This document shows, piece after piece, positions 1 to 9,462 of a DNA stretch of 64,000 bases. The position numbers were made by a program, and so were the translations under genes. The stretch lies in sequence record SRR31156797_1634, one strand, 5' to 3'. Position 1 is the first letter of the stretch, and each line of letters begins with the position of its first letter. Below the pieces are notes generated by a model. It was not told the origin of the DNA. It made no database searches and worked only from the letters and a program-made list of their open reading frames with translations.

Positions 1-60
1 ATTATCCCCTTTGGCCGCCGGAGGCGAAATAAGATCGTCTCAAAGCGCGAAGCGCATCAA
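1..60. repeat. Possible end of a short intergenic REP/MITE-like element
   Basis: CCCCTTTGGCCGCCGGAGGCGAAAT...AAAGCGCGAAGCGCATCA resembles, from recollection, dispersed GGCCGCCGGAGGC intergenic repeats of Desulfovibrionaceae; only one truncated copy in the window. Confidence 0.35.
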
Positions 61-84
61 TCCCAAAAGAACCGGAGCAAAATT

Positions 85-999
85 TTGAGTGACCGAAAAT
101 GCTGGATCGATCACAGCGGAATAGTTCTGCATTCTGTTGACGGTTTCGATGTAATTCATTGCGAAAGCTGTGGCTTCAAGCACATCATCCCCATTCCCGA
201 CGAAGAGGAACTGGAACGCATTTACAAACACGAATACCACGTTAAAGACAAACCGCTCATGCTCCAACACCAGTTGGAAGATGCGGACTGGCACGAAGCC
301 ACCAATAAAGCCCGTCTGGAATCAATTGAAAAGCAACTTAAACGTAAAGGTTCCATTCTGGATATAGGTTCCGGCAACGGTTTTTTCCTCAAGCAGGCTG
401 TAGAGATGGGCTGGCAGGCCAAAGGCGTAGAGCCGTCCGACAAAGCAGTGGAATACTGCCGCTCCATCGAGCTTGATGTAGAACACGGAATATTTGATAA
501 GCAATGCGCCGATTCCATCGGTACGTTTGACGTTGTCCATCTTTGGGAGGTGCTCGAGCACCTGCCTGATCCAATTGCTATACTTTCCCTCTGCCGACAG
601 GTGCTCAATCCCGGCGGGCTGATTGTCATCGGCGTTCCCAACGATTACAACAAACTGCAAAAAATCATGAACGAGGACCTCGACGAAAAACCTTGGTGGC
701 TGGCCCCCCCCCATCACATAAATTTCTTTAACCGCAGTTCCCTTGAACGGCTGCTGCAGCGGCTGGATTTTGAACCGCTGCACTACGAAATAACTTTCCC
801 TATGGAACTCTTCCTGCTCATGGGCAAAAACTATCTGCAGGACCCAAAACTGGGCCGTGAATGCCACGCCATGCGCAAGGAACTGGAATTGACCCTGACC
901 CGCACCGGAAACCGTGATGTGCTGGACAAACTTTACAGTAGCTTTGCCGAAACCGGATTTGGTCGTCACGCAGTGCTTATAGCTGGCAAAAAGGATTAG
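85..999 (+). CDS. Class I SAM-dependent methyltransferase with N-terminal CxxC
   Basis: LDIGSGNG SAM motif, VLEHL motif, HCESCG; TTG start. Confidence 0.85.
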   Translation: MSDRKCWIDHSGIVLHSVDGFDVIHCESCGFKHIIPIPDEEELERIYKHEYHVKDKPLMLQHQLEDADWHEATNKARLESIEKQLKRKGSILDIGSGNGFFLKQAVEMGWQAKGVEPSDKAVEYCRSIELDVEHGIFDKQCADSIGTFDVVHLWEVLEHLPDPIAILSLCRQVLNPGGLIVIGVPNDYNKLQKIMNEDLDEKPWWLAPPHHINFFNRSSLERLLQRLDFEPLHYEITFPMELFLLMGKNYLQDPKLGRECHAMRKELELTLTRTGNRDVLDKLYSSFAETGFGRHAVLIAGKKD

Positions 1000-1005
1000 G
1001 AATAC

Positions 1006-1755
1006 ATGCAAAGACTTAAAGATAAAATCGCGTTGGTCACCGGCGGAGGACGCGGAATAGGCAAGACCATCAGCCACAAACTTGCTGCCGAAGGCGCACA
1101 AGTGATCCTGACATGGGTAAGTGACCGCACAAGCGCAGAGCAGACCGCAGCAGAAATTTCCCAAAAAGGCGGTATCGCGCGCATCCTGCAACTTGAGGTC
1201 AGTGATGCGGATTCCGTGAACACGGTTGTTGCTGACATCACTGCCAATGAAGGCAGACTCGATGTTCTGGTCAACAATGCCGGAATCAATGATCCGCAGG
1301 ACTTCGATAAGATCACCCCGGAAGAATGGGACCACATCCTTTCAGTGAATCTGAAAGGCCCCTTCCTGTGCACCCAGCGTTGTCTTGAACTGCTCAAGAA
1401 AAGCAAAGGGGCAAGCGTGATCAATATTGGCTCGGTCAGCGGTCAGTACGGAGGTCCGCGCACCGCCCACTACGCAGCCAGCAAGGCCGGACTCATTTCC
1501 ATGGCACAAGTTGCTGCGCGTTTTGGTGCCGAGTGGAATATCCGCTGCAATACCGTTGCCGCAGGGCTGGTGGTTTCGGACATGGCTGATGCCGGCATGC
1601 AGAATCCCGCAGTGCAAAAGGCAGCTGAGAACGTGCTCCTGAAGCGCTTTGCCGCAGCTTCTGAAGTGGCAGACAGCGTGGCCTACCTTGCTTCCGATGA
1701 AAGTTCCTACATCACCGCCCAGACCATAAACGTCAACGGCGGACTGTATTTTTAA
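1006..1755 (+). CDS. Classical SDR oxidoreductase (FabG-like)
   Basis: TGGGRGIG, NNAG, YAASK motifs. Confidence 0.9.
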   Translation: MQRLKDKIALVTGGGRGIGKTISHKLAAEGAQVILTWVSDRTSAEQTAAEISQKGGIARILQLEVSDADSVNTVVADITANEGRLDVLVNNAGINDPQDFDKITPEEWDHILSVNLKGPFLCTQRCLELLKKSKGASVINIGSVSGQYGGPRTAHYAASKAGLISMAQVAARFGAEWNIRCNTVAAGLVVSDMADAGMQNPAVQKAAENVLLKRFAAASEVADSVAYLASDESSYITAQTINVNGGLYF

Positions 1756-1764
1756 GGAGAAGAT

Positions 1765-2595
1765 ATGTCCCAGTATCAGGAACTAGAAAATTTCGCGGCC
1801 GAGCTGCGCAAATCCATAATCACCATGAACTGCCATGCCGGGTCAGGTCATCCGGGCGGTTCCCTTTCCTGTGTGGAAATTGCCAGCTGGCTTTTTGCCA
1901 AAGAAATGAACTTCAGCCCTGAAAATATGACTGATCCCTGCCGGGACCGTTTCATCCTTTCCAAGGGGCATTCCTGCCTGACTCTCTACGCTGCACTTGC
2001 TGAAAAAGGATTTTTCTCCAAGGAAGAATTCAAGAAACTACGCCATGCTGATGGTATGCTGCAAGGCCATCCTGACCGGATCAAAACCCCCGGCGTAGAA
2101 TTCAACTCCGGTTCTTTGGGACAAGGTTTTTCCTTTGCACTTGGTTGCGCTCTCGGAGCAAAACGGGCCAAACGCGACAACCGCACCTACGTGCTCCTCG
2201 GTGACGGCGAACTGAACGAAGGCCAGATCTGGGAAGGCTGCATGTTCGGTGCTCACCACAAGCTGGATAACATCGTTGCAATAGTGGATTACAATAAATT
2301 TCAGAGCGACGACCTCAACGAGAACATCACCGCCCTTGAGCCTTTAAATGATAAATTCAAGGCCTTCGGCTGGCAGGTAATCGAGATTGACGGTCACAAC
2401 TTCCGCGAAATTGAAAACGGGTTCTACCGCGCCCGCACAACCGCAGGCAGGCCAACCATGATCATCGCCCACACCGTAAAGGGCAAAGGAATTTCATACA
2501 TGGAAAATGTTCCCAAATGGCACGGCAGCCTCTGCCCCACCGGAGAGGAGCGGAAATGCGCCCTGCGCGAATGCGGATGTGAGGAGCTGGAATAA
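1765..2595 (+). CDS. Transketolase, N-terminal (TPP-binding) subunit, pair 1
   Basis: SGHPGGSLS, DRFILSKGH, GSLGQG, GDGE...DYN TPP motif. Confidence 0.92.
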   Translation: MSQYQELENFAAELRKSIITMNCHAGSGHPGGSLSCVEIASWLFAKEMNFSPENMTDPCRDRFILSKGHSCLTLYAALAEKGFFSKEEFKKLRHADGMLQGHPDRIKTPGVEFNSGSLGQGFSFALGCALGAKRAKRDNRTYVLLGDGELNEGQIWEGCMFGAHHKLDNIVAIVDYNKFQSDDLNENITALEPLNDKFKAFGWQVIEIDGHNFREIENGFYRARTTAGRPTMIIAHTVKGKGISYMENVPKWHGSLCPTGEERKCALRECGCEELE

Positions 2596-3524
2596 TGCAA
2601 AACATGAGAGATGAATTCGGTAAAGCCCTTGTGGAACTTGCCTCCATCCGTGACGATTTTGTTGTACTTGATGCTGACGTAGCCGGGGGAACCGGAACCT
2701 ACCATTTCCGCAAAGCATACCCGGACCGCTTCATCCAGTGCGCCATTGCCGAACAGAACATGTTTTCCATGGCTGCGGGACTGGCAGAATCCGGCATCAT
2801 CCCCATTGTGACCTGTTACGCGGTATTTGCTTCCATGCGTGCTTTGGAGCAGGCTCGCAACTCCATTGCCTACCCTGATTTCAACGTAAAAATAGCTGCC
2901 AGCCATCTCGGTCTGGACGTAGGCCCGGACGGTGCAACCCATCAGGCCCTTGAAGATATTTCCATCTACCGTGCAATCCCCAACATGACTGTGGTCTCCC
3001 CGGCTGATCCCGTAGAGCTGCGTGCAGTCCTGCCCCATCTGCTGGACAACCACGGTCCGCTTTACCTGCGCACCGGACGCAGCCCCCTGCCTAATGTATT
3101 TGATGCCAGCACCAAATTTGAACCGGGCAAAGCCCAAGTTCTCGTGGAAGGCGAAGACTGTACCGTCATGGCTGTGGGAGTAATGGTCCACCGGGCCGTA
3201 CAGGCAGCACAAAAACTCGCCGAAGAAGGCATCTTCTGCCGGGTGCTGAACATGAGCTGGCTCAAACCCATGGACGAAAAAGCGGTAATCAAAGCCGCTA
3301 AGGAAACCGGAGCCGTTGTAACCTGCGAAGACCATAACAAGTACGGTGGCCTTGGCGGAGCAGTGATGGAAATTGTCTGCGAAAACCATCCGGTCCCAGT
3401 GGAGCGGGTGGCGATAGATGATATTTTCGGCAGCTCCGGGGAACCGGAAGACCTTGCCCGTGAATATGGACTTATGCCTGATAACATCGCCGCTGCGGTG
3501 CGCCAGATCCTGAAACGAAAATAG
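2595..3524 (+). CDS. Transketolase, C-terminal subunit, pair 1
   Basis: IAEQNM, GPDGATHQ, YLRTGR, EDH..GGLG; TAATG coupling to the N subunit. Confidence 0.92.
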   Translation: MQNMRDEFGKALVELASIRDDFVVLDADVAGGTGTYHFRKAYPDRFIQCAIAEQNMFSMAAGLAESGIIPIVTCYAVFASMRALEQARNSIAYPDFNVKIAASHLGLDVGPDGATHQALEDISIYRAIPNMTVVSPADPVELRAVLPHLLDNHGPLYLRTGRSPLPNVFDASTKFEPGKAQVLVEGEDCTVMAVGVMVHRAVQAAQKLAEEGIFCRVLNMSWLKPMDEKAVIKAAKETGAVVTCEDHNKYGGLGGAVMEIVCENHPVPVERVAIDDIFGSSGEPEDLAREYGLMPDNIAAAVRQILKRK

Positions 3525-3531
3525 GAGCGTA

Positions 3532-5076
3532 ATGACTGACCGAAAACGTCTGCTCATCATCGGCACGGCCCAGCAGTGCCACATCAAGGAATTCCTTGCC
3601 AACGTAGATCGCGACTACACGGAAGTTGTGCTCCTGCTCCCTGAACGGGACCGGGGAGCTTTTGATGGCGAACAGGCTATATTCTTCTCCGGTACCTTCC
3701 ACGCCCTTTTTCCACCGCTCCTAAAAACAATGCTTTCCTTCAGGCCGCATGAAACAGTCGTTGTCTGCGGTATGACCTACGACCATGATAACGTGGTCCG
3801 CGCGGTTTCCTTTTACGCTAACTTCTATGATCTACGCATCCAGACCTGCATCAGAAATGAACTATTCCCGGCTGATCCGGCTTTAAAGCCCAATCCGGTC
3901 AAGGAAATTTTTAAATGGGGTTCTCTGGGAACTCTGGCTCTCCTGATTAAGGTTGTATCTCTCTTCAAACCCGTGCGGGTAGCTGAAATTTATTCCTCTC
4001 GACTGGGGCATCTGGCCCTTGATTGCGAACTTTATCTTTCCGAAAAAGAGTTGGGCCGCCATAACGGCTTCCTTGACCTGTTCTATTTCAAAGATGGGCA
4101 GGTTGCTAACGAAACACTGGGAAGATTATTCTCCCGAAAGATGATGATCAGCAATTTAAACCGCCACCTGCTGGAAGCTGTACAATTTTTCAATCTCACG
4201 GATAAACACGGATTGAAGCTGAACACCCGGACCATTGCCCTTGGACGTGATTACGAATGTCTGATCCAACAAACCGATACACATATCAATTTCACTGCTG
4301 CCGAACAAAAACGAGGTAAGCGTGAACTTGCCGCCCTCGGCCTTGATCCGAATCGCCCACACGTCTGTTTGCTGGGCCGAGATTCCGCCTTCCTGCAACA
4401 GACCTTGCCCGGAAGTGACGGAGATATGCAGGAACCCCGCAACATGGATATTTCCACATTCAAAGCCGGAGCCAAAAAACTGCTTCGCCTAGGTTACAGC
4501 GTAATCAGGATCGGCAGCATTGTGCAGGAGCCGCTTAAAATAGATCATCCCAATTTTGTGGATTATGCCTGCAGTGGTAAACAAAATGATTTCATGGACA
4601 TCTATCTGCCTGCGACCTGCAATTTTTTTGTAGGCGCACAAAGCGGTCCCATGCATGTGGCAAACATCTTTCGCGTTCCCTGCCTGCGTATCAACGTGGC
4701 GCGATTGGAAGTAATTGAATACTGCTCACCGGAAGATTTGGCCCTGTTCAAACTCATCTGCTCGAAATCTTCAAAAAGAATTTTAAGCGTTCCTGAAATA
4801 ATCGAAGCCGGAATCAGCAAATGGCCCATTGAGAACTTTGCAGATTCAGATTTTACGGTTATTGACAATACAGAAGACGAACTGCTGGAAGCTATCAAGG
4901 AAATACATCTGCGGGTGAACGGAGACTGGAAGGCAACTAGAGAAGAGAAAAAGTTGCAACAACACTACCGTTCACACCTTAAAGTTTCAAACTACAACAC
5001 TCGGTTTGAAACCCCGATCAGTGCTTGTTTCCTGAAAAAACACGCGGACGAACTCTTTAACTCGAAGGACAGCTGA
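3532..5076 (+). CDS. TIGR04372-like putative glycosyltransferase with N-terminal extension
   Basis: RLGHLALD, RD..F, RNMDI, VIRIG, DYA, MDIYL...FFVG..SG, DNTEDEL pattern. Confidence 0.7.
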   Translation: MTDRKRLLIIGTAQQCHIKEFLANVDRDYTEVVLLLPERDRGAFDGEQAIFFSGTFHALFPPLLKTMLSFRPHETVVVCGMTYDHDNVVRAVSFYANFYDLRIQTCIRNELFPADPALKPNPVKEIFKWGSLGTLALLIKVVSLFKPVRVAEIYSSRLGHLALDCELYLSEKELGRHNGFLDLFYFKDGQVANETLGRLFSRKMMISNLNRHLLEAVQFFNLTDKHGLKLNTRTIALGRDYECLIQQTDTHINFTAAEQKRGKRELAALGLDPNRPHVCLLGRDSAFLQQTLPGSDGDMQEPRNMDISTFKAGAKKLLRLGYSVIRIGSIVQEPLKIDHPNFVDYACSGKQNDFMDIYLPATCNFFVGAQSGPMHVANIFRVPCLRINVARLEVIEYCSPEDLALFKLICSKSSKRILSVPEIIEAGISKWPIENFADSDFTVIDNTEDELLEAIKEIHLRVNGDWKATREEKKLQQHYRSHLKVSNYNTRFETPISACFLKKHADELFNSKDS

Positions 5077-6281
5077 TGGATACTCCGATTATTCTGGTAC
5101 AGGCGGCATCTAGAGCTTGGAGCGGCGCACCGGACTGGTGCATGAATGAAGTTGACGGACGCCCGGTAGTGGCCCTGACTGTTGAAAACGCACTCAAGGA
5201 ATTTCCCGAAGCGGATATTCGTATCATAGCACCCGAGTTTGACCGTAGTGGTAGGCTGGACGAAATCCCGGAAATGTTCCCGAAGCATAAAATTTCTGTC
5301 TTTTACGGACATGACGACAGCCCGCTTGAGCGCATGATCGCAGCCCTTGAAGGCGTTGACGAGCAAAGCTTGTTCATCAGGGTGGACGGACTCCACTTCG
5401 GCTGGCTGGCCGACCATGCCCGCACCATGCTGGCGCAGGCTGAAAAAAACAAACTGGACTGCGTTAAGATCGAAGACGATTTTCCCATCCAACTTACATC
5501 CGATATCTACAGACTGAGCGCACTCAAAAAAGCACTCGCCATTCTTGAGGAACGCCCTAACGGTGCGCCCTACCGGGTTCACCCCAAATTCTTCATGTTC
5601 AATGAAGCTGATGAATTCAAATGTGCCCGGGTAGCCGGACCGACTGTGAGTGAACAGTGGCTGAAGAAATGCCGCGAAACTGCTGAACAGGTCTATGTGG
5701 CCGGAAACATGAATGCAGGTCAGCACAAATCCATCAGCGCCGGTGACCAGCTCAGCTTTCATTATGAACTGGCCCTTGATTACATCAACCCGGAAGCACA
5801 AGTTCTGGACTGTGCCTGCGGGCCCGGATACGGAGCACGCATCCTCGCCGGAAAAGCGCACAAAGTTATCGCTGCTGACCTCGATATTGAGACCGTGCGT
5901 CTGGCCTCATCCGGCAAATACTTCGACAACATCACCTTCCAGACCGGTGATGTGACCTCCCTCAGCTTTGAAGACAATTCCTTTGACGCAGTCACCAGCT
6001 TTGAAACCGTGGAACATGTCAATCCAGCGCCTTTCTTCAAAGAGATGGAGCGGGTGCTTAAACCGGGCGGACTGCTCATCCTGAGTACTCCCCAGAACAG
6101 CCTTGGACATATTCCGGTCAATTCCCAGCACCTGCACGAATTTTCCCTACAGGAAATCAGCGGGCTGTGTTCCGAACATTTTGAAATAATGCAGACCACG
6201 GGCATTAAGCAGGGGCGCATTATCTTCCCTGACGATCCCAAGGGACAGAACACCTTCATGGTCTGCCGTAAGCCAGCTTAA
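5076..6281 (+). CDS. SpsF/cytidylyltransferase-like domain fused to class I methyltransferase
   Basis: N-terminal IILVQA...DGRPVV, YGHDDSPLER, IRVDG; C-terminal LDCACGPGYG, FETVEH, LKPGG..ILSTP. Confidence 0.7.
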   Translation: MDTPIILVQAASRAWSGAPDWCMNEVDGRPVVALTVENALKEFPEADIRIIAPEFDRSGRLDEIPEMFPKHKISVFYGHDDSPLERMIAALEGVDEQSLFIRVDGLHFGWLADHARTMLAQAEKNKLDCVKIEDDFPIQLTSDIYRLSALKKALAILEERPNGAPYRVHPKFFMFNEADEFKCARVAGPTVSEQWLKKCRETAEQVYVAGNMNAGQHKSISAGDQLSFHYELALDYINPEAQVLDCACGPGYGARILAGKAHKVIAADLDIETVRLASSGKYFDNITFQTGDVTSLSFEDNSFDAVTSFETVEHVNPAPFFKEMERVLKPGGLLILSTPQNSLGHIPVNSQHLHEFSLQEISGLCSEHFEIMQTTGIKQGRIIFPDDPKGQNTFMVCRKPA

Positions 6282-6284
6282 CAT

Positions 6285-7514
6285 ATGAAAAAGACATTAA
6301 TCGTGATCGGGTCCGGACTGGAATCCATTCCAGTGCTGCAAAGGGCAAAAGAAATGAACCTGCATGTGGTGGCGGTAGATGCCAATCCGCAGGCACCCGG
6401 ATTCGCTTATGCCCATGAATCGGTCATCGGTTGTGTCTATACCCCGGAAATAACGGTTGCCGCCCTGACGGCATGGTCCCAAAAGGGCGGCAAACCGCAG
6501 GGAGTCATCTGCGCGGCGGTGGATGCACCGGGAACAGTGGCGGCGGTGGCTGATCATTTCGGACTAACTGCGGTCAGTGCTGAAACGGCCCGTCTGGCAA
6601 CAGATAAAAAAGCCATGAAGGACCGTTTCAAAGAACTGGGAATTCCCATCCCATGGTACCGGGAAATATTCAGCGCCCACGAACTGGCACAGGTTCTGGA
6701 TGAACGTAGAGAAACGCTGGTAATCAAACCCGTGGACAGCCGAGGCGCACGCGGGGTACTGCGTCTTGTTTACGGATCAGCAAATATGCCTGATCCTGCA
6801 TGGGCCTTTGAGTACACCAAGAAAGAATCCCCCAGCGGACGGGTCATGGTGGAAAAGCATCTCAACGGCCCTCAGATCAGTACCGAGGGTTTTGTAGTTA
6901 ACGGAAAATCATTCTGCCCCGGTTTCTCGGACCGCAACTATGAATTTTTGGACCGCTTTGCACCCAACATCATTGAGAACGGCGGCGACCTGCCTTCCTT
7001 TCTGGATCAGGATGTACAACAGGGAGTGAAAGATCTTTCCGGTCAGGCGGCAATTGCCCTTGGCATTGAAAATTCCATGTTCAAAGGAGACATGGTAGTC
7101 CATGACGGCACACCCTATGTAATTGAAATGGCAGCCCGTCTTTCCGGTGGTTACTTCTGCTCCCATGAAATTCCGTGGAATACCGGGGTTGATTTCACAG
7201 GTACGGCTATCCGGCTGGCCCTTGGCGAAACTCCTACTCCAGAAGATATGACCCCGTCTTTTCAAAAAGGCGTGGCCCAACGTTACCTTTTCCCAGAACC
7301 GGGTAAGGTGCTGGCCATTGAAGGAATTGAAGAAGCGCAAGCCATGGACGGAATCAGTATGGTGGAAATCCGCACAGCTGTGGGTGAAACCATTACTCAG
7401 GCAACCAGCCATCCGGCCCGGGCAGGAGTGGTCATGGCGCGCGCCAAGACCCGCGAACAAGCCATTAAACAGGCAGAAGCGGCTGTTGCTGCCATTATAA
7501 TCATCACTGCCTAA
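6285..7514 (+). CDS. ATP-grasp domain protein (carboxylate-amine ligase-like)
   Basis: DKKAMK, VIKPVDSRGARGV, VEKHLNG, IEMAARLSGG. Confidence 0.85.
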   Translation: MKKTLIVIGSGLESIPVLQRAKEMNLHVVAVDANPQAPGFAYAHESVIGCVYTPEITVAALTAWSQKGGKPQGVICAAVDAPGTVAAVADHFGLTAVSAETARLATDKKAMKDRFKELGIPIPWYREIFSAHELAQVLDERRETLVIKPVDSRGARGVLRLVYGSANMPDPAWAFEYTKKESPSGRVMVEKHLNGPQISTEGFVVNGKSFCPGFSDRNYEFLDRFAPNIIENGGDLPSFLDQDVQQGVKDLSGQAAIALGIENSMFKGDMVVHDGTPYVIEMAARLSGGYFCSHEIPWNTGVDFTGTAIRLALGETPTPEDMTPSFQKGVAQRYLFPEPGKVLAIEGIEEAQAMDGISMVEIRTAVGETITQATSHPARAGVVMARAKTREQAIKQAEAAVAAIIIITA

Positions 7515-7519
7515 TTGAT

Positions 7520-9460
7520 ATGAAAATCTTTGCCATATTTCATCTCAACCTCATGTTTTCTTCCATTCCCGAAGAAAACCGCTTGGAGGTCATCAAACGC
7601 TGCTATTGGCCGCTTTTGAAGCTGGCTGAAAAGGGATATCCGCTAGGCATTGAGGCTTCGGGAATCACCCTTGAAATAATTCGCAATCTTGATTCGAGTT
7701 GGATTAAAGATTTCAAAACCCTGCTCCATAACGACAAAGCCGAATTCATCGGTAGCGGTTACGGACAAATCATCGGCCCCCTTGTGCCTCCGTCACTAAA
7801 CCGGGCCAACCTTATGCTGGGCAAGCAAACCGGAAAAGAAATTCTGGAAACCATTCCCCAGATCGCACTAGTTAACGAACAGGCATGGTCCGCTGGTATG
7901 ACCGCCCACTATATTGAAGCCGAATATAAAGCAGTTTTCATGGATTACGACAATCCTGCCCGTTACGCGGACTGGGGCGAATATATTCAACATTTCCCAC
8001 AACGAGCAAAAGGGACCAACAGCGAATCCATCCCGGTAATCTGGAGTCGTTCCATGGTCTTCCAGAAACTGCAAAGGTTCGCCCACCGGGAATTAGAACT
8101 GGATGAATACCTCAATTATGTAGAAAATTTGGGAACTGGAGAGGGTTGGTTGCCCATCTACGGCAATGATGCTGAAATTTTCGATTTCCGTCCTCGCCGC
8201 TATAAAAATGAAGCCGTGCAGGAAGCGGAAAGTGAATGGATACGGATTGAACAAGTATTTGAAACCCTGCGAGCACGTGGTCATAAATTCCAACTGCCAT
8301 CTGCTGTGCTTGACGGACTGGAACACAAAGCCGGCGGCAATGAACTTGAGCTGAGTTGTGCCAGTCAGCCCACCCCAGTAAAAAAGCAGAGCAAATACAA
8401 TATCACCCGCTGGGCCCTGAGCGGACGCGACGACTTCCAGCTCAATTCACTTTGCCGAGCAGTCTGCCATAAACTTGAACAGAATTTTCCTTTCTGCGCT
8501 GACCATGAAGACAAATGGCGAGACCTCTGCTTCTGCTGGTCCAGCGACCTGCGCACCCACATCACCGAAAACCGCTATAATGACTCGCTAACAAAACTGG
8601 AACAGCTGGCCCTTGCAACTAAGGCTGCAGTCCGCGAGCCATCTTTTAAAGTATCCGGCAACCCGGCCGGCAACCATGGCCGCATGCTCCAATTAACCAC
8701 TGAATACGCAAATGTAACCCTGAACACCTCCAAGGGACTGGCTGTACAGGAAGCATCATTTCTATCCCATGGAAACATTTCTGCATTCGGCACCCTCGGA
8801 CACGGCTACTTTGAGGAAATCGACCTCGGTGCGGACTTCTTTTCTGGCCACATCGTCATGGAAGGTCCGGGAATTCCCAAAGACACCGACCTGGCCCGAG
8901 TCACCCCGCTCATTAACGAATGCGATGAGTTCATCACAGCATCCTGCGCCATAGCCTTGTATCAGGGACTGCTCGAAAAAGCCGTGCGCATCTATAAGAA
9001 CAAGGAACAAGTTGATATCCTTTACCGTTTTGCACTGGATTGCAAACCTCCGGGGTACGCCCGTATCGGGCACGTCACCCTTCTCACCACTGATATGGAC
9101 CCGACAAAACTTTTCTTTTCCACCTCCAACGGAGGACAAGCTGAACGATTCCTGCTGGACGGACTTAATTTTGATCACAGTGACAACATTTCATTTGCAG
9201 TCTCAGCTTCACAGGGACTGGGCATGACCGACTCAAAAGTCGTGTTGGGCGGAGCGGAACGAGCCTTAGAAATAAATCCTCTCTACCCGGAGCACGGCTT
9301 TATCGGCATGATCAAATGCAAGCAGGCCACACCATCACCTTTTGTGCGGGTATTCTTTTCCATGCAGGAAATGGATGAAACCAGTATGCGCGAATGCAAA
9401 CCAAACCCCAAATTCAATTTCAGCACCGGATTCAGCATCAAACCTCGGCCGGGAGAATAA
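7520..9460 (+). CDS. Glycoside hydrolase family 57-like protein
   Basis: N-terminal FHLN, CYWPLL, SGITLE, EFIGSGYGQIIGPL, NEQ, GNDAE; C-terminal beta-rich domain. Confidence 0.7.
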   Translation: MKIFAIFHLNLMFSSIPEENRLEVIKRCYWPLLKLAEKGYPLGIEASGITLEIIRNLDSSWIKDFKTLLHNDKAEFIGSGYGQIIGPLVPPSLNRANLMLGKQTGKEILETIPQIALVNEQAWSAGMTAHYIEAEYKAVFMDYDNPARYADWGEYIQHFPQRAKGTNSESIPVIWSRSMVFQKLQRFAHRELELDEYLNYVENLGTGEGWLPIYGNDAEIFDFRPRRYKNEAVQEAESEWIRIEQVFETLRARGHKFQLPSAVLDGLEHKAGGNELELSCASQPTPVKKQSKYNITRWALSGRDDFQLNSLCRAVCHKLEQNFPFCADHEDKWRDLCFCWSSDLRTHITENRYNDSLTKLEQLALATKAAVREPSFKVSGNPAGNHGRMLQLTTEYANVTLNTSKGLAVQEASFLSHGNISAFGTLGHGYFEEIDLGADFFSGHIVMEGPGIPKDTDLARVTPLINECDEFITASCAIALYQGLLEKAVRIYKNKEQVDILYRFALDCKPPGYARIGHVTLLTTDMDPTKLFFSTSNGGQAERFLLDGLNFDHSDNISFAVSASQGLGMTDSKVVLGGAERALEINPLYPEHGFIGMIKCKQATPSPFVRVFFSMQEMDETSMRECKPNPKFNFSTGFSIKPRPGE

Positions 9461-9462
9461 AC

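Noticed and set aside
322-3602. Long antisense ORFs (322-1335, 2424-3602; also 4992-5861, 34333-35067, 57428-58105)
   Set aside because: Shadows of well-supported plus-strand genes; no motifs or RBS
6371-6378. GGCGGTAG ops-like octamer
   Set aside because: Lies inside the ATP-grasp coding sequence, not in a leader; likely chance
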